NCBI GenBank assembly: GCA_963827275.1
Contig: CAWHAA010000005.1
Location: 617,924-681,923, forward strand
Direction: 5' to 3'
DNA length: 64,000 nucleotides
Source: an uncultured Spirochaetota bacterium
GTDB taxonomy: Bacteria > Spirochaetota > UBA4802 > UBA5550
Shown: piece after piece, positions 27,715-38,830 of the stretch
How the letters are laid out: each line of letters starts with the position of its first letter
Position numbering within the stretch: position 1 is the stretch's first letter
Notes under the pieces: model-generated
Seen by the model: the letters and a program-made list of their open reading frames with translations, nothing else
What the model was told of the DNA's origin: nothing
The model's database searches: none
Position numbers and translations under genes: made by a program

Positions 27715-28533
27715 CTATATCACGATGAGGAACCTGCCGCAGTGGTTGCACACGGCGATCTCCTTCGATTCCTTGATCTGCGCCATGTAGTAGGGCGCCA
27801 GGTCCATGTGGCAGCCCGAGCAGCTGTTCTTCTCGAGTATGGCGAAGGGGCTGAGGTTCCTCTTCCTCATCTTTTCGTAGTAGGCCAGGGACTTGCGGTC
27901 CACTATTTTTCTCAGCTCCTCGATCTTGTTTTTAATCTTGTCCGACGCCTCACCCTCGTCGATGAGCTGGTTCAGCCGGTCAAGGCGGACCAGAAGGTCG
28001 AGGTTGTACGACGGGATACCGCCAAGCCCGTCGGTGTGCGCCTTCTTGGGGCTGCTCTTGTCCGAGAGGCTTGCGAAGTAGAGATCGGCGTTTTTTTTGA
28101 GCGCGCTGTACGCCTGGACCCTGGTCTTCGCGCCGTCCAGCGACTTTTTCCTCTCCTCGTCCGCAAAAATCCACGACACCATCCCCACCAGGTAGAGGTA
28201 CTTGGTGCCCATCTCCGTGGGGACGATGTTCAGCAGCAGGTAGCGGACCGGGAGGTTGTCGTACGAATGGTACTCGATGTCCTCCTTCGAGATGGCGAAG
28301 ATGGAGACCAGTTCCTTCACCGAGTCGGTCCGGATGTGGGGTATGGCGAGTCCCCGCCCGATGCCGGTGTTCTCCAGGGATTCACGGTGCATTATCTGCG
28401 CGTAATACCTGCCGGCATCGTCGATCTTTTTCAATTCCTCGAGCTTGGTCAGCAATTCCTTTATCACGAGCTGTTTTTCAGCGGTTTTGGTGTACACCAG
28501 TTGATCTTTGGGGATAAAGCTTTCTATATTCAT
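27715..28533 (-). CDS. PTS EIIA(Ntr)-like domain fused to a C4 zinc-ribbon (COG1579 / zf-RING_7-type) domain
   Basis: The N-terminus (about 150 aa) carries the EIIA type-2 signature GIGRGLAIPHIRTD. The C-terminus has a coiled-coil followed by CSGCHMDLAPYYMAQIKESKEIAVCNHCGRFL, matching the COG1579 zinc-ribbon C-terminus. Confidence 0.65.
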   Translation of the reverse strand: MNIESFIPKDQLVYTKTAEKQLVIKELLTKLEELKKIDDAGRYYAQIMHRESLENTGIGRGLAIPHIRTDSVKELVSIFAISKEDIEYHSYDNLPVRYLLLNIVPTEMGTKYLYLVGMVSWIFADEERKKSLDGAKTRVQAYSALKKNADLYFASLSDKSSPKKAHTDGLGGIPSYNLDLLVRLDRLNQLIDEGEASDKIKNKIEELRKIVDRKSLAYYEKMRKRNLSPFAILEKNSCSGCHMDLAPYYMAQIKESKEIAVCNHCGRFLIVI

Positions 28534-28705
28534 CGTGGCCCTCTGTTAATCATGCAAGAATCAGCATAAATCATGTATCACATCTACCCCGCGGGCAAAT
28601 CTGTCAATAAAACATAATAATACGGCAAAAAAAATTTACTTGAAAAACTCTACAATCTTTGAATAATGACTTGCCATATACCACCCGGAACAGAAATTAT
28701 ACGGC

Positions 28706-29071
28706 ATGGCACGAAACGTAAAATCAGCGGAAGACAACATCGTCAACAGCATCATCGGCGAGGGCTCCAATTTCAAGGGAGAATTCAACATCAACGGCCT
28801 GTTGCGGATCGACGGGCACTTCCAGGGCACCATTGAAACCGAGGGCAAGGTCCTCATCGGCCAGACGGGCGAGGCGATCACCGACATCAAGGCGCGCATG
28901 GTGGTGGTGGGCGGCATGGTGCGCGGCAACATCTTCGCCACCGAGAAGGTCATTTTTCTTTCCACGGGGGTCATCAACGGCAACATCATCACGCCGAGCC
29001 TCTTCATGGAAGAGGGCGTGAAGTTCGAGGGCAGCTGCACCATCAATAAACGACCGGACGAACTGCAATGA
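28706..29071 (+). CDS. Bactofilin (polymer-forming cytoskeletal protein)
   Basis: 121 aa of beta-helical repeat sequence: FKGEFNINGLLRIDGHFQGTIETEGKVLIGQTGEAITDIKARMVVVGGMVRGNIFATEKVIFLSTGVINGNI, typical of the bactofilin/DUF583 family. Confidence 0.8.
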   Translation: MARNVKSAEDNIVNSIIGEGSNFKGEFNINGLLRIDGHFQGTIETEGKVLIGQTGEAITDIKARMVVVGGMVRGNIFATEKVIFLSTGVINGNIITPSLFMEEGVKFEGSCTINKRPDELQ

Positions 29072-29514
29072 TAGAAATAACCGGCGCGCGGACACGAAAG
29101 GACGAGAAGGAAAAGATCACGAAGAAATCCAGGCTCTCCTCTGTCAAGCACGGCGGCAAGACCTTCTCCGCAGAGCTCCACAAGACCATGGCCATGGAGT
29201 TCGAGGGCACCATCGACGAGCTCCTGGAGAGCCTCAGGGACCAGGAGAAGCAGTTCCTGGACAAGCAGACCGAATACGAGATGAACCGCTACAAGGCGAT
29301 CGTCCAGAAGATCCTCAAGTCGATACTCGCCGAGGCCCTCAAGGAAAAGACGATGAAGCCCAAGAAAAAGAACTGGGGCGACTACGTCATCATCGAAAAG
29401 ATCAACGAGAAGCTGCTTGACATCACCGGCGCGATCACCCGCGGCAACAAGGCCTTCGACCTGCTGAAGACCGTCGAGGAGATACGCGGCCTGGTACTTG
29501 ACCTGCTGTACTGA
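29068..29514 (+). CDS. Hypothetical protein, possibly YaaR/DUF327-like (call by position upstream of holB)
   Basis: 148 aa, charged and helical. Its start (ATGA) overlaps the bactofilin stop. Assignment rests on size and the conserved neighbourhood (YaaR-holB-PSP1 in Firmicutes-type order), not on a recognised motif. Confidence 0.35.
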   Translation: MIEITGARTRKDEKEKITKKSRLSSVKHGGKTFSAELHKTMAMEFEGTIDELLESLRDQEKQFLDKQTEYEMNRYKAIVQKILKSILAEALKEKTMKPKKKNWGDYVIIEKINEKLLDITGAITRGNKAFDLLKTVEEIRGLVLDLLY

Positions 29515-29526
29515 GCACGCCGCCCG

Positions 29527-30522
29527 ATGAACACCGCCGGCATTATCGGTCATTCCCATCAGCTGAAGATACTGGAGGTCCTCCGGCGGAACGGCGACGT
29601 CCCGCAGACGATGCTCTTCTCGGGCCGGCAGGGGATCGGGAAGAAGCTCATCGCGCGGCGGCTGCTCGCCTCCCTCTTCTGCGAGGACGGCAACCCGCCC
29701 TGCATGACCTGCCCCTCCTGCGTCCAGGCGGCGGGCGGCACCTTTCCCGACATCATCGAGATCGGCCCCAACGAGAAGGGGACCATCCCGATCGGCGACG
29801 CGGGCGAACCGGGGAGCGTGCGCTGGCTCATCGACCGGCTCTCGAAAAAATCGATCTGGGGGACCTACGGCGTGCTGATCGACGGGGCGGAGGCGATACG
29901 GGCCGAGGGGCAGAACGCCCTGCTCAAGACGATCGAGGAGCCGCAGGCGGGGGCGCACATCATCATCATCACCGCGAACCGCTCGCTCATCCTGCCGACC
30001 ATCCTCTCGCGCTGCATGAACCTCCCCTTCGCGCCCCTGGCGCCGCCGGAGGTGAAGGAGGCGCTCGCCGCCGCGGGGGCCGGCGCCGCGGACCCCGACC
30101 TCATCGCGGAGCTTGCCGGCGGCTCGCTGGAGACCGCGCTGCTCCTGTCGGACGGGAGCGTCCTCGAGGGGATCGCCGGCATCTGCGGGGAGATCTCGGC
30201 GTATCTCGCCCGCGGGGAGAGCCTGCGGCTCGACCTGGCCCCCCTCCAGAAGAAAATCGGCATGGACCAGCTCCTTTCGGTCCTGCTCACGATATACCGC
30301 GCCATCCTGGGAACCGCCATAGCCGGCGGCACGCCGCGGCCGTTCCTGGCCGGTTTCAGCGTGGAGGAGCGGGAAAAGTTGACCAAATTAATAAAAATTC
30401 TGCTTGCCCTCAGAAAAGGGCTCGCGAATAATTTAAATATCCGTAACGCGCTGAAGGGAATGCTCTATTCAATTGACAGCATGGGCAGCATCGGCCTGCC
30501 GGAGCTTGACGGTACGGAGTAA
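29527..30522 (+). CDS. holB: DNA polymerase III delta-prime subunit
   Basis: 331 aa. HQLKILEVLRRNGDVPQTMLFSGRQGIGKKLIARRLLASLFC (AAA+ Walker A-like), zinc module CMTCPSCV and the SRC motif (ILSRC). Confidence 0.85.
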   Translation: MNTAGIIGHSHQLKILEVLRRNGDVPQTMLFSGRQGIGKKLIARRLLASLFCEDGNPPCMTCPSCVQAAGGTFPDIIEIGPNEKGTIPIGDAGEPGSVRWLIDRLSKKSIWGTYGVLIDGAEAIRAEGQNALLKTIEEPQAGAHIIIITANRSLILPTILSRCMNLPFAPLAPPEVKEALAAAGAGAADPDLIAELAGGSLETALLLSDGSVLEGIAGICGEISAYLARGESLRLDLAPLQKKIGMDQLLSVLLTIYRAILGTAIAGGTPRPFLAGFSVEEREKLTKLIKILLALRKGLANNLNIRNALKGMLYSIDSMGSIGLPELDGTE

Positions 30523-30532
30523 GGGAGCCTGA

Positions 30533-31401
30533 ATGGAAATATCAGCGGTAAAATTGCGCAACAGCTACCAGATAAATTACGTCAACACCAACAACCTGTT
30601 CGTGAACCAGAACGCCCTGTGCGTGGTGGAGACCGAGCATGGCGTCGATATCGGCAACGTGTACAAGTGCCACAAGCACCGCGAACGCGGAGGTCAAGGG
30701 CAAACTCCTGCGCCTGACCACCCCGGACGACCTGAAGCAGGTACCGGAGATCGAGGCGATCGAGAAGAGCGCGTTCGAGAAATGCCGGGAAAAGTCGAAG
30801 GCGAAGAACCTCGACATGAAGCTCATCTCGGTGAAGTGCCTGTTCGACCGCACGAAGATCATCTTCTACTTCGTGGCGGAGAACCGCATCGACTTCCGCG
30901 AGCTGGTGCGCGAGCTCGCCTCGATTTTCAGGACACGGATCGAGATGCGGCAGATCGGCGTGCAGGGACGAGGCGCGCCTCGTCGGCGGGTACGGGCCCT
31001 GCGGCAAGCAGCTCTGCTGCGTGCACCAGAGCGAGGAGTTCGAGCCCGTGTCGATCAAGATGGCGAAGGAGCAGAACCTGAACCTGAACTCGCTCAAGAT
31101 ATCGGGGATGTGCGGCAGGCTCCTCTGCTGCCTGGGATACGAATACAAGCTCTACAAGGAGATAAACAAGGACATGCCCGATCCGGGAGCGCACATCCAG
31201 GCGGGCGAGAACACCTACGTCGTCACCGGCGTCGACACCCTCAAGGAATCGATCCGCATGAGGCACAAGGACCGCAATGTCGAGATATTCAAATGCGACC
31301 TCGTGATCGAAGGCAACAAGTACTCACTGAAGCCCGAGGTCGTCACCAGGATCGAGACCGTCGAGGAAGATGTCCCGGAAGAGGATACGTATACTTTGTA
31401 A
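30533..31401 (+). CDS. PSP1 domain protein (YaaT-like); two apparent single-base frame shifts
   Basis: Three ORF pieces in three frames: 30533-~30680 (MEISAVKLRNSYQINYVNTN...GNVYKCHKH), ~30680-~30965 (ANAEVKGKLLRLTTPDDLK...RIEMRQIGVQ) and ~30968-31401 (DEARLVGGYGPCGKQLCCVHQSEEF...ISGMCGRLLCCLGYEY...). Joined, they form a complete PSP1 protein. The second shift is an extra G in CAGGGACGAG (30963-30972). Confidence 0.8.
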
Positions 31402-31548
31402 ACGCCTCACCCGCGCCGCCGCGCACGCTCTCCCGTTACGCCAGACCCGGATAAGGAGAGGGTTTCCGCGATAGCGCGCTTGAAACACGCCCCCTCGCCT
31501 TTTTTCAACCCTTGACGGGAGAGGGGGCCGGGGGGTGAGGGCAAATAA

Positions 31549-33500
<1,952 letters not shown>

Positions 33501-33503
33501 CGC

Positions 33504-33995
33504 ATGAAGATCGGCATCCTCTCCGACACGCATAACAACATCGAGCTGACGCAGAAGGCCGTCGATATATTCAGGGAGGCGAAGGCGGAGCTGGTCCTCC
33601 ACGCGGGCGACATCACCTCGCCGAAGATGCTGGGGCTCTTCGCGGGGCTGAACGTCAGGTTCGCGCAGGGGAACGGCGACATCGACAGCGAGGCGCTGAA
33701 CGCCGAGTCCGCCAGGCTCGGGTTCGGCCCGATCGAGGAGTGCACCGTCCTCACGGCCGACGGGAAAACAATCGTCCTCTTCCACGGCAACAATATCCCG
33801 CTCTTCCGCCAGTCGGTGGCCTCGGGCGAGTACGATTACGTCGTCAAGGGGCACACCCACATCTTCGAGAACTACCTGTCCGGGAACACCCGCGTCATCA
33901 ACCCCGGCGCCCTCTACGGCGCGGAGGAGTTTTCCGTCGCCGTCCTCGACACCGCCACGGGAAAGGTCGAGCGGATACGCGTGGAAGCGGACTGA
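33504..33995 (+). CDS. YfcE/MJ0936-type metallophosphoesterase
   Basis: 163 aa. MKIGILSDTHNN...LVLHAGDITSP...LFHGN...GHTH are the calcineurin-like phosphoesterase motifs. Confidence 0.8.
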   Translation: MKIGILSDTHNNIELTQKAVDIFREAKAELVLHAGDITSPKMLGLFAGLNVRFAQGNGDIDSEALNAESARLGFGPIEECTVLTADGKTIVLFHGNNIPLFRQSVASGEYDYVVKGHTHIFENYLSGNTRVINPGALYGAEEFSVAVLDTATGKVERIRVEAD

Positions 33996-34025
33996 GACCG
34001 CAGCTACTACGAGAGGTACCAGGCA

Positions 34026-34613
34026 ATGAAACCGAGGAAGTCCGACACCGGCGCCGTCATGCGGAAAAAAAGCGGGGTCGTGATATACATCGACACCATC
34101 GACGACATCTTTTCCGATTTCGATCCCCGCACGATCGACGCGAGGATCCTCTCCATGGACTTCCTCAACGAGGTGCGCCTCCAGGCGCAGCAGTCAACCG
34201 ACGAATCCCGGATCGACATCCACATACTCGCGCCGTCGTTCATCCGGAAGCAGGAAATATCCCGGAAGGTGGAACAGATCACCCGGAGGCGGATACTGAC
34301 GCATTTCCAGGACGAGTACCGGCGGATCAGGTCGGACCGGATGAAAACAGTGGCGCGCGCCCTGTTTTTCCTTGTCTCCGGCGTGACCTGCTTTTTCGTC
34401 ATCAAGCTCGTCGGCGACGTGGGGGACCGGCACTTCTTCCTCAAGATGCTCCTGGAGCTGCTCACCTTTTTCAGCTGGTTCGCCACCTGGAGCGGCATTG
34501 ACCTGTTCAGCGACCTGCCGAAGAAGCGGGACGTGCGGCTCCGCGGCAGGCTCGCCGGCGCGCAGGTGCAGTTCAGGTCCGTGAGGGACATCTCCGCGAT
34601 CAGCCCGGTGTGA
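34026..34613 (+). CDS. Hypothetical membrane protein (2 predicted transmembrane helices)
   Basis: 195 aa. Genome-typical GC3-rich codon usage. Hydrophobic segments ALFFLVSGVTCFFVIKLV and LLELLTFFSWFATWSGIDLF. No recognisable domain. Confidence 0.4.
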   Translation: MKPRKSDTGAVMRKKSGVVIYIDTIDDIFSDFDPRTIDARILSMDFLNEVRLQAQQSTDESRIDIHILAPSFIRKQEISRKVEQITRRRILTHFQDEYRRIRSDRMKTVARALFFLVSGVTCFFVIKLVGDVGDRHFFLKMLLELLTFFSWFATWSGIDLFSDLPKKRDVRLRGRLAGAQVQFRSVRDISAISPV

Positions 34614-34748
34614 CGGACGCGGCGCGCATATAGTCATTGACAAAAATCCCCATGCACCCAGTATGTCCGGGTATTCGATTTATCGTTACCCCGCTGTTTC
34701 AACTCCCACACTGTTTCAGCCGGCTTATCTACAAGGAGAACATAGTAC

Positions 34749-36011
34749 ATGTCATTCGAAAAACTGCATCTCATTGCGCCCATTATGAAGGCGCTGAAAA
34801 CCGAAGGCTATTCGCACCCGACGCCGATACAGGAGCGCGCCATACCGATCATACTTGAGAAAAAAGACCTGCTCGGCTGCGCCCAGACCGGGACCGGGAA
34901 AACGGCCGCCTTCGCCATCCCCCTGCTGCAGCTGCTCTACCACGAAGAGCGCGTCAGCGGCACGCCGCGCAGCATACAGGCGCTGATACTGACCCCCACC
35001 AGGGAGCTGGCCATACAGATAGGAGAAAGCTTCACCGCCTACGGAAGGCACACGGGCATCAAGCATACCGTCATCTTCGGCGGGGTGTCGCAGAAGGCGC
35101 AGACCGACGCGCTGCGCGCGGGCGTCCACATCCTGATCGCGACCCCGGGGCGGCTGCTCGACCTCATGAACCAGGGGCACGTTGACCTCCGCCACCTCAG
35201 GCAGTTCGTGCTCGACGAGGCGGACCGGATGCTGGACATGGGCTTCATCCATGACGTAAAGAAGATCATCACGAAAATACCGCCCAAGCGGCAGTCGCTG
35301 TTCTTCTCGGCGACGATGCCGCCCGAGATCTCGAAGCTGGCCGACACCATCCTGGTGAGGCCGGAGAAGGTCGCGGTCACCCCGGTCTCATCCACGGTGG
35401 ATATCATAGACCAGTCGCTCTATTTTGTCGGCAAGAAAGACAAGAAGCAGCTCCTGGTCCACCTCCTGAAAGACCGGTCGGTCGTGTCAGCGCTGGTGTT
35501 CACGCGCACGAAGCACGGGGCCAACAAGGTGGCGGAGGACCTGCTCAAGGCCGGGATACAGGCCGAGGCGATCCACGGCAACAAGTCGCAGGGCGCGCGG
35601 CAGCGGGCGCTGGGCAACTTCAAGGCGCGGCGCACCAGGGTGCTGGTCGCGACCGACATCGCGGCGCGGGGCATCGACATCGACGAGCTCTCGCATGTCA
35701 TCAACTTCGAGATCCCCAACATACCGGAGACCTACATCCACCGCATAGGCCGCACCGGCAGGGCCGGGCTCTCCGGCACGGCGATATCGTTCTGCGACAG
35801 CGAGGAGAAAGAATTCCTCAAGGACATAGAGAAGCTGCTCAAAAAGAACATCCCGGTGGTGGAAGACCACCCCTACCCGCTCCGCGAGACCGCGCCCGCC
35901 GCGCACCAGGCAGCGCCACAGCAGAACCGCCCGCGCGTACAGCAGGGACCATCGGCACGGAACAGCGCCGGCGGGAGCAGGCACTACGGAAGGCAGCGGT
36001 ACGGCAGGTAG
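34749..36011 (+). CDS. DEAD-box ATP-dependent RNA helicase (RhlE-like)
   Basis: 420 aa. Q-motif/motif I region PTPIQERAIP...AQTGTGKTAAF, motif II VLDEADRM, motif III SAT and motif VI HRIGRTGRAG. Confidence 0.9.
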   Translation: MSFEKLHLIAPIMKALKTEGYSHPTPIQERAIPIILEKKDLLGCAQTGTGKTAAFAIPLLQLLYHEERVSGTPRSIQALILTPTRELAIQIGESFTAYGRHTGIKHTVIFGGVSQKAQTDALRAGVHILIATPGRLLDLMNQGHVDLRHLRQFVLDEADRMLDMGFIHDVKKIITKIPPKRQSLFFSATMPPEISKLADTILVRPEKVAVTPVSSTVDIIDQSLYFVGKKDKKQLLVHLLKDRSVVSALVFTRTKHGANKVAEDLLKAGIQAEAIHGNKSQGARQRALGNFKARRTRVLVATDIAARGIDIDELSHVINFEIPNIPETYIHRIGRTGRAGLSGTAISFCDSEEKEFLKDIEKLLKKNIPVVEDHPYPLRETAPAAHQAAPQQNRPRVQQGPSARNSAGGSRHYGRQRYGR

Positions 36012-36028
36012 AATTTAAAAATGGTCAG

Positions 36029-36083
36029 CGCCGTCCCCGGAGGACGGCAGACAAAAAACGGCGCGGTGTTCCCGCGCCGTTTT
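36029..36083. terminator. Bidirectional terminator region (two hairpins) between convergent genes
   Basis: GCCGTCC-ccgga-GGACGGC (36030-36047) and ACGGCGCGG-tgttc-CCGCGCCGT (36058-36080). The second is flanked by AAAAAA upstream and TTTT downstream, so it is usable on both strands. Confidence 0.6.
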
Positions 36084-36106
36084 GCATTTGCATAAAGCGA
36101 TAACCA

Positions 36107-36755
36107 TTAGTCGCGTTTTCTTATGCGACGGCGGACCGCAACGGTGCCCAGCACAAGGCCCATGACGGCGATAAGGCCAAGGGCGGCGGGGCCGAACGAT
36201 TTTTTGCCTGCGGCGCCGGTGGCGGCGTTCGCGCCGCACCCGGAATCATCATCATTGTCCAGCAGGGCAAGAAGGGCGACAGGACTATCAGTCGTTGTTC
36301 CCGCGCCGATAAGGCCCGTGCCGGTGAGTGTAGCAGAGTCAGGATAGTTCCCCGGTATCGACGAAGATACGGTGAAGGTAGCCGTGCTGGTAACTTCTGC
36401 GCTGGGAGTAAATACTACCTGAGCGGTACAGGTTGCCAACCTTGCGAGAGAAGTGCAATTATTCGAAATAATACTAAAAACGTTGTCGGCGTCACCGGAT
36501 TCCCCCGACAGACACACCCTGAATGGTCGAACAAGGAGAAACAGCTCCTTGTGTACTGTTATTTGTTATTGTAACAGTTTGCGGGGCTGAGGGCGTTGTT
36601 GGATTCTGGTTTCCAAAATCGATGGGATCGGGAGAAATACTTAAAGAATAAATACAATCAGACGGGGCCGCATAAACAGAAATCGGCACCAGCGCAACGA
36701 CCGCGCACAGGGCCATCAGAGCTATTAGAAAGTACTTTTTCATAAAAAAACACAC
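36107..36755 (-). CDS. Secreted beta-sandwich (choice-of-anchor/DUF1573-like) protein with Cys-containing C-terminal sorting-like tail; frame shift at a G5 run (about 36501-36506)
   Basis: N-terminal ORF (36755..36492): signal peptide MKKYFLIALMALCAVVALVPISVYA then DFGNQNPTTPSAPQTVTITNNSTQGAVSPCSTIQG. It continues after the shift (36517..36107): NNCTSLARLATCTAQVVFTPSAEVTSTATFTV...DNDDDSGCGANAATGAAGKKSFGPAALGLIAVMGLVLGTVAVRRRIRKRD. That is a GCG motif, a hydrophobic helix and an Arg-rich tail. Confidence 0.5.
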
Positions 36756-36800
36756 TCCTTAATTTTTTTATATACACTGCTTAATATTTAACTGCAACAG

Positions 36801-37043
36801 GAAGAGCCCTTTCATTCCAATGCGTTACTTGAATAAATATTAAACAAGTGTTTAACGACATAATATAAAATGTCAATTTTTTTATGCCCCCTATATGCCG
36901 CGCGGAATCTTTTGTTTTATACAAAAATACATGACCAAATTATAGATTTGTCATGTATGATAAAAATATAGATGCCCAGGATAATTTTAAAATAGAAAAA
37001 TCCGGTGACGATATAAAAAACCGCCGGCTGGGGGCCGGCGGCG
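36801..37043. repeat. Conserved non-coding cassette R1 (about 243 bp), about 95% identical to 38831-39073
   Basis: It begins GAAGAGCC...GATGCGTTACTTGAATAAA...ATGTCAATTTTTTTATGCCCCCTATATGCCGCGCGGAATC. It contains the palindrome ACATGACCAAATTATAGATTTGTCATGT (36928-36955). It ends with the hairpin CCGCCGGCtgggGGCCGGCGG preceded by AAAAAA. On the minus strand that hairpin is a terminator with a T6 tail, for the gene at 37069-38802. Confidence 0.8.
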
Positions 37044-37068
37044 TTATGTTTACAGCATGAGATCCGGA

Positions 37069-38802
37069 TTACTCCAATCCCAATCGTATTGAAGGCAATA
37101 TATCCACGACCCAGCCCGGATTATTCAAAGACTGGTTTTCAGTGCCCAGCAAACGCCCCGGATAGCGGGTCGTGTTGCTCTCACCCTGCACGAAATTCTC
37201 TATCGCGGACGCGCCCGCGTCATGGCGAACATAGATCGCGAGGTTCTTCCCCGATGTATACCTGAACTCGGTATCAAGCGGTATGTTGACCCAATCCCCG
37301 GCCTTGAGTCCCGCAGGCACGGACACCGTGCCGGTAAAGACGGTTTTTTCATCATTCATGTTGTCCAGATATGAAGGACCGAGCGCAAGAGTATCGAGGT
37401 CGGAATGCCCGATGACAATGCTGATGTTTCCATAAGTCTCGGCAACCGAGTCGTTTTGGAGTCGGAACCCGATGCTGTTGATGCTGCCGTAAAGCCCAAG
37501 CTCAACTGCGCGGTACAGAGGCTGGAACTGACCGGTCACGGTCCCATGGAAGGGCGGATAGAGGTTGTGGTTCCCCGACCCTATCACGTCCGCCGTGCCA
37601 CCCTTGAAGCGGAACGTGATATTATTGAGGGCACTACTCAGATCACTTGGTGTATTGACCGAGCCCACAAGCCATGAATTCGCTCCTGCGGAACCATTCT
37701 TTACAAAAATATTTCCGTTTGGTGAAGTCACATATATTTCCACAACCAGGTTGTCAATTCCATTGTAATTAAATGCCCCGTCAAGCGGAAGCCACATATA
37801 TGCCCCATCCGGAATGCCTGCCGGCACCCTGAACTTCCTGTTTGTGGCCACGGTTACCGGTGAACCTGAATTGAAATTAGCATTCCATGACTCGGTCACC
37901 AGTTCAGTACGTGTGGTATGGCCGAGGCGTATCGTTACCGTGCATTCCCGTTCCACCGAATCAGTATGCGTGGCGAAACCGATGCCAATGATACCGCCCG
38001 AGCCATTGATCGTGCCCGCCGGATACAAAAGTTGCAATTTTTGGTAGGCAGCATCATTGATGAACGGAGGATTATTCCCGGTTGTTCCATAGTGCAGTCT
38101 GTTGTCCCCGCCGGCGAAGTTGAATTTTACATCAGGATAGGTATACGCTGTAATACCTGTCGTCGCAGTGCTTGCGCCTGATCCGGTACCATATACCGTG
38201 AAATAATTTACTCCATCTTCTGTATGTGTCGTTAGTACTACGCCGCCTGCTGTAGGTAATACCGGATTGCGGGAAACTTCAACGACCAGATTATCCACTC
38301 CGTTGTAATAGAACGGCTGGGTCAATTGAATAGTAAAATAATCGCACACTGTGCAATTCGGGATGGTTACGCTCTGGTTATCGAGCACTGTCGTGTAGGT
38401 TCCCTTGCCCTGTTGAACATTGCTGGCATAGGTACTGCTGAGCGTGGTCACACTCGTATGCCCCATTTTTATAGTCACCCCGTTGAAGGTCCTATCAGCT
38501 CCAGGAGAAGCATTGTATTTAAAGGAAATTGAAGTTATCATGCCGGCCCCCTTGATGTCGCCAGCCGGAAACATCATCATATACCGGCTTTCATCATGAG
38601 TGCCCCACATGCTTGATGCCGAGGATGCTCCCCCACCACCGATGACTTCTTTAACAAATACCCCCTGCACGGCAGGCGCACTGCCTCCGCCAAGCCCCAG
38701 GAGGGCCATAATGCCGCTATTGTCGCTCTTCACCTTGCTGCAGCCGGCCAGCATACATACCGAAAGAATTCCGATGAACATTACGCCGAGAAACTTTTTC
38801 AT
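37069..38802 (-). CDS. Large surface lipoprotein with three internal about 150-aa repeat domains (paralog A)
   Basis: 577 aa. Lipobox MKKFLGVMFIGILSVCMLAGCSK. Three internal repeats share the ...FxYNGxDNLVVE... pattern. Ribosome-binding site AAGGAGAG. No recognised domain. Confidence 0.6.
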   Translation of the reverse strand: MKKFLGVMFIGILSVCMLAGCSKVKSDNSGIMALLGLGGGSAPAVQGVFVKEVIGGGGASSASSMWGTHDESRYMMMFPAGDIKGAGMITSISFKYNASPGADRTFNGVTIKMGHTSVTTLSSTYASNVQQGKGTYTTVLDNQSVTIPNCTVCDYFTIQLTQPFYYNGVDNLVVEVSRNPVLPTAGGVVLTTHTEDGVNYFTVYGTGSGASTATTGITAYTYPDVKFNFAGGDNRLHYGTTGNNPPFINDAAYQKLQLLYPAGTINGSGGIIGIGFATHTDSVERECTVTIRLGHTTRTELVTESWNANFNSGSPVTVATNRKFRVPAGIPDGAYMWLPLDGAFNYNGIDNLVVEIYVTSPNGNIFVKNGSAGANSWLVGSVNTPSDLSSALNNITFRFKGGTADVIGSGNHNLYPPFHGTVTGQFQPLYRAVELGLYGSINSIGFRLQNDSVAETYGNISIVIGHSDLDTLALGPSYLDNMNDEKTVFTGTVSVPAGLKAGDWVNIPLDTEFRYTSGKNLAIYVRHDAGASAIENFVQGESNTTRYPGRLLGTENQSLNNPGWVVDILPSIRLGLE

Positions 38803-38830
38803 ATACTCTCCTTTATATTAACTGTTATGG

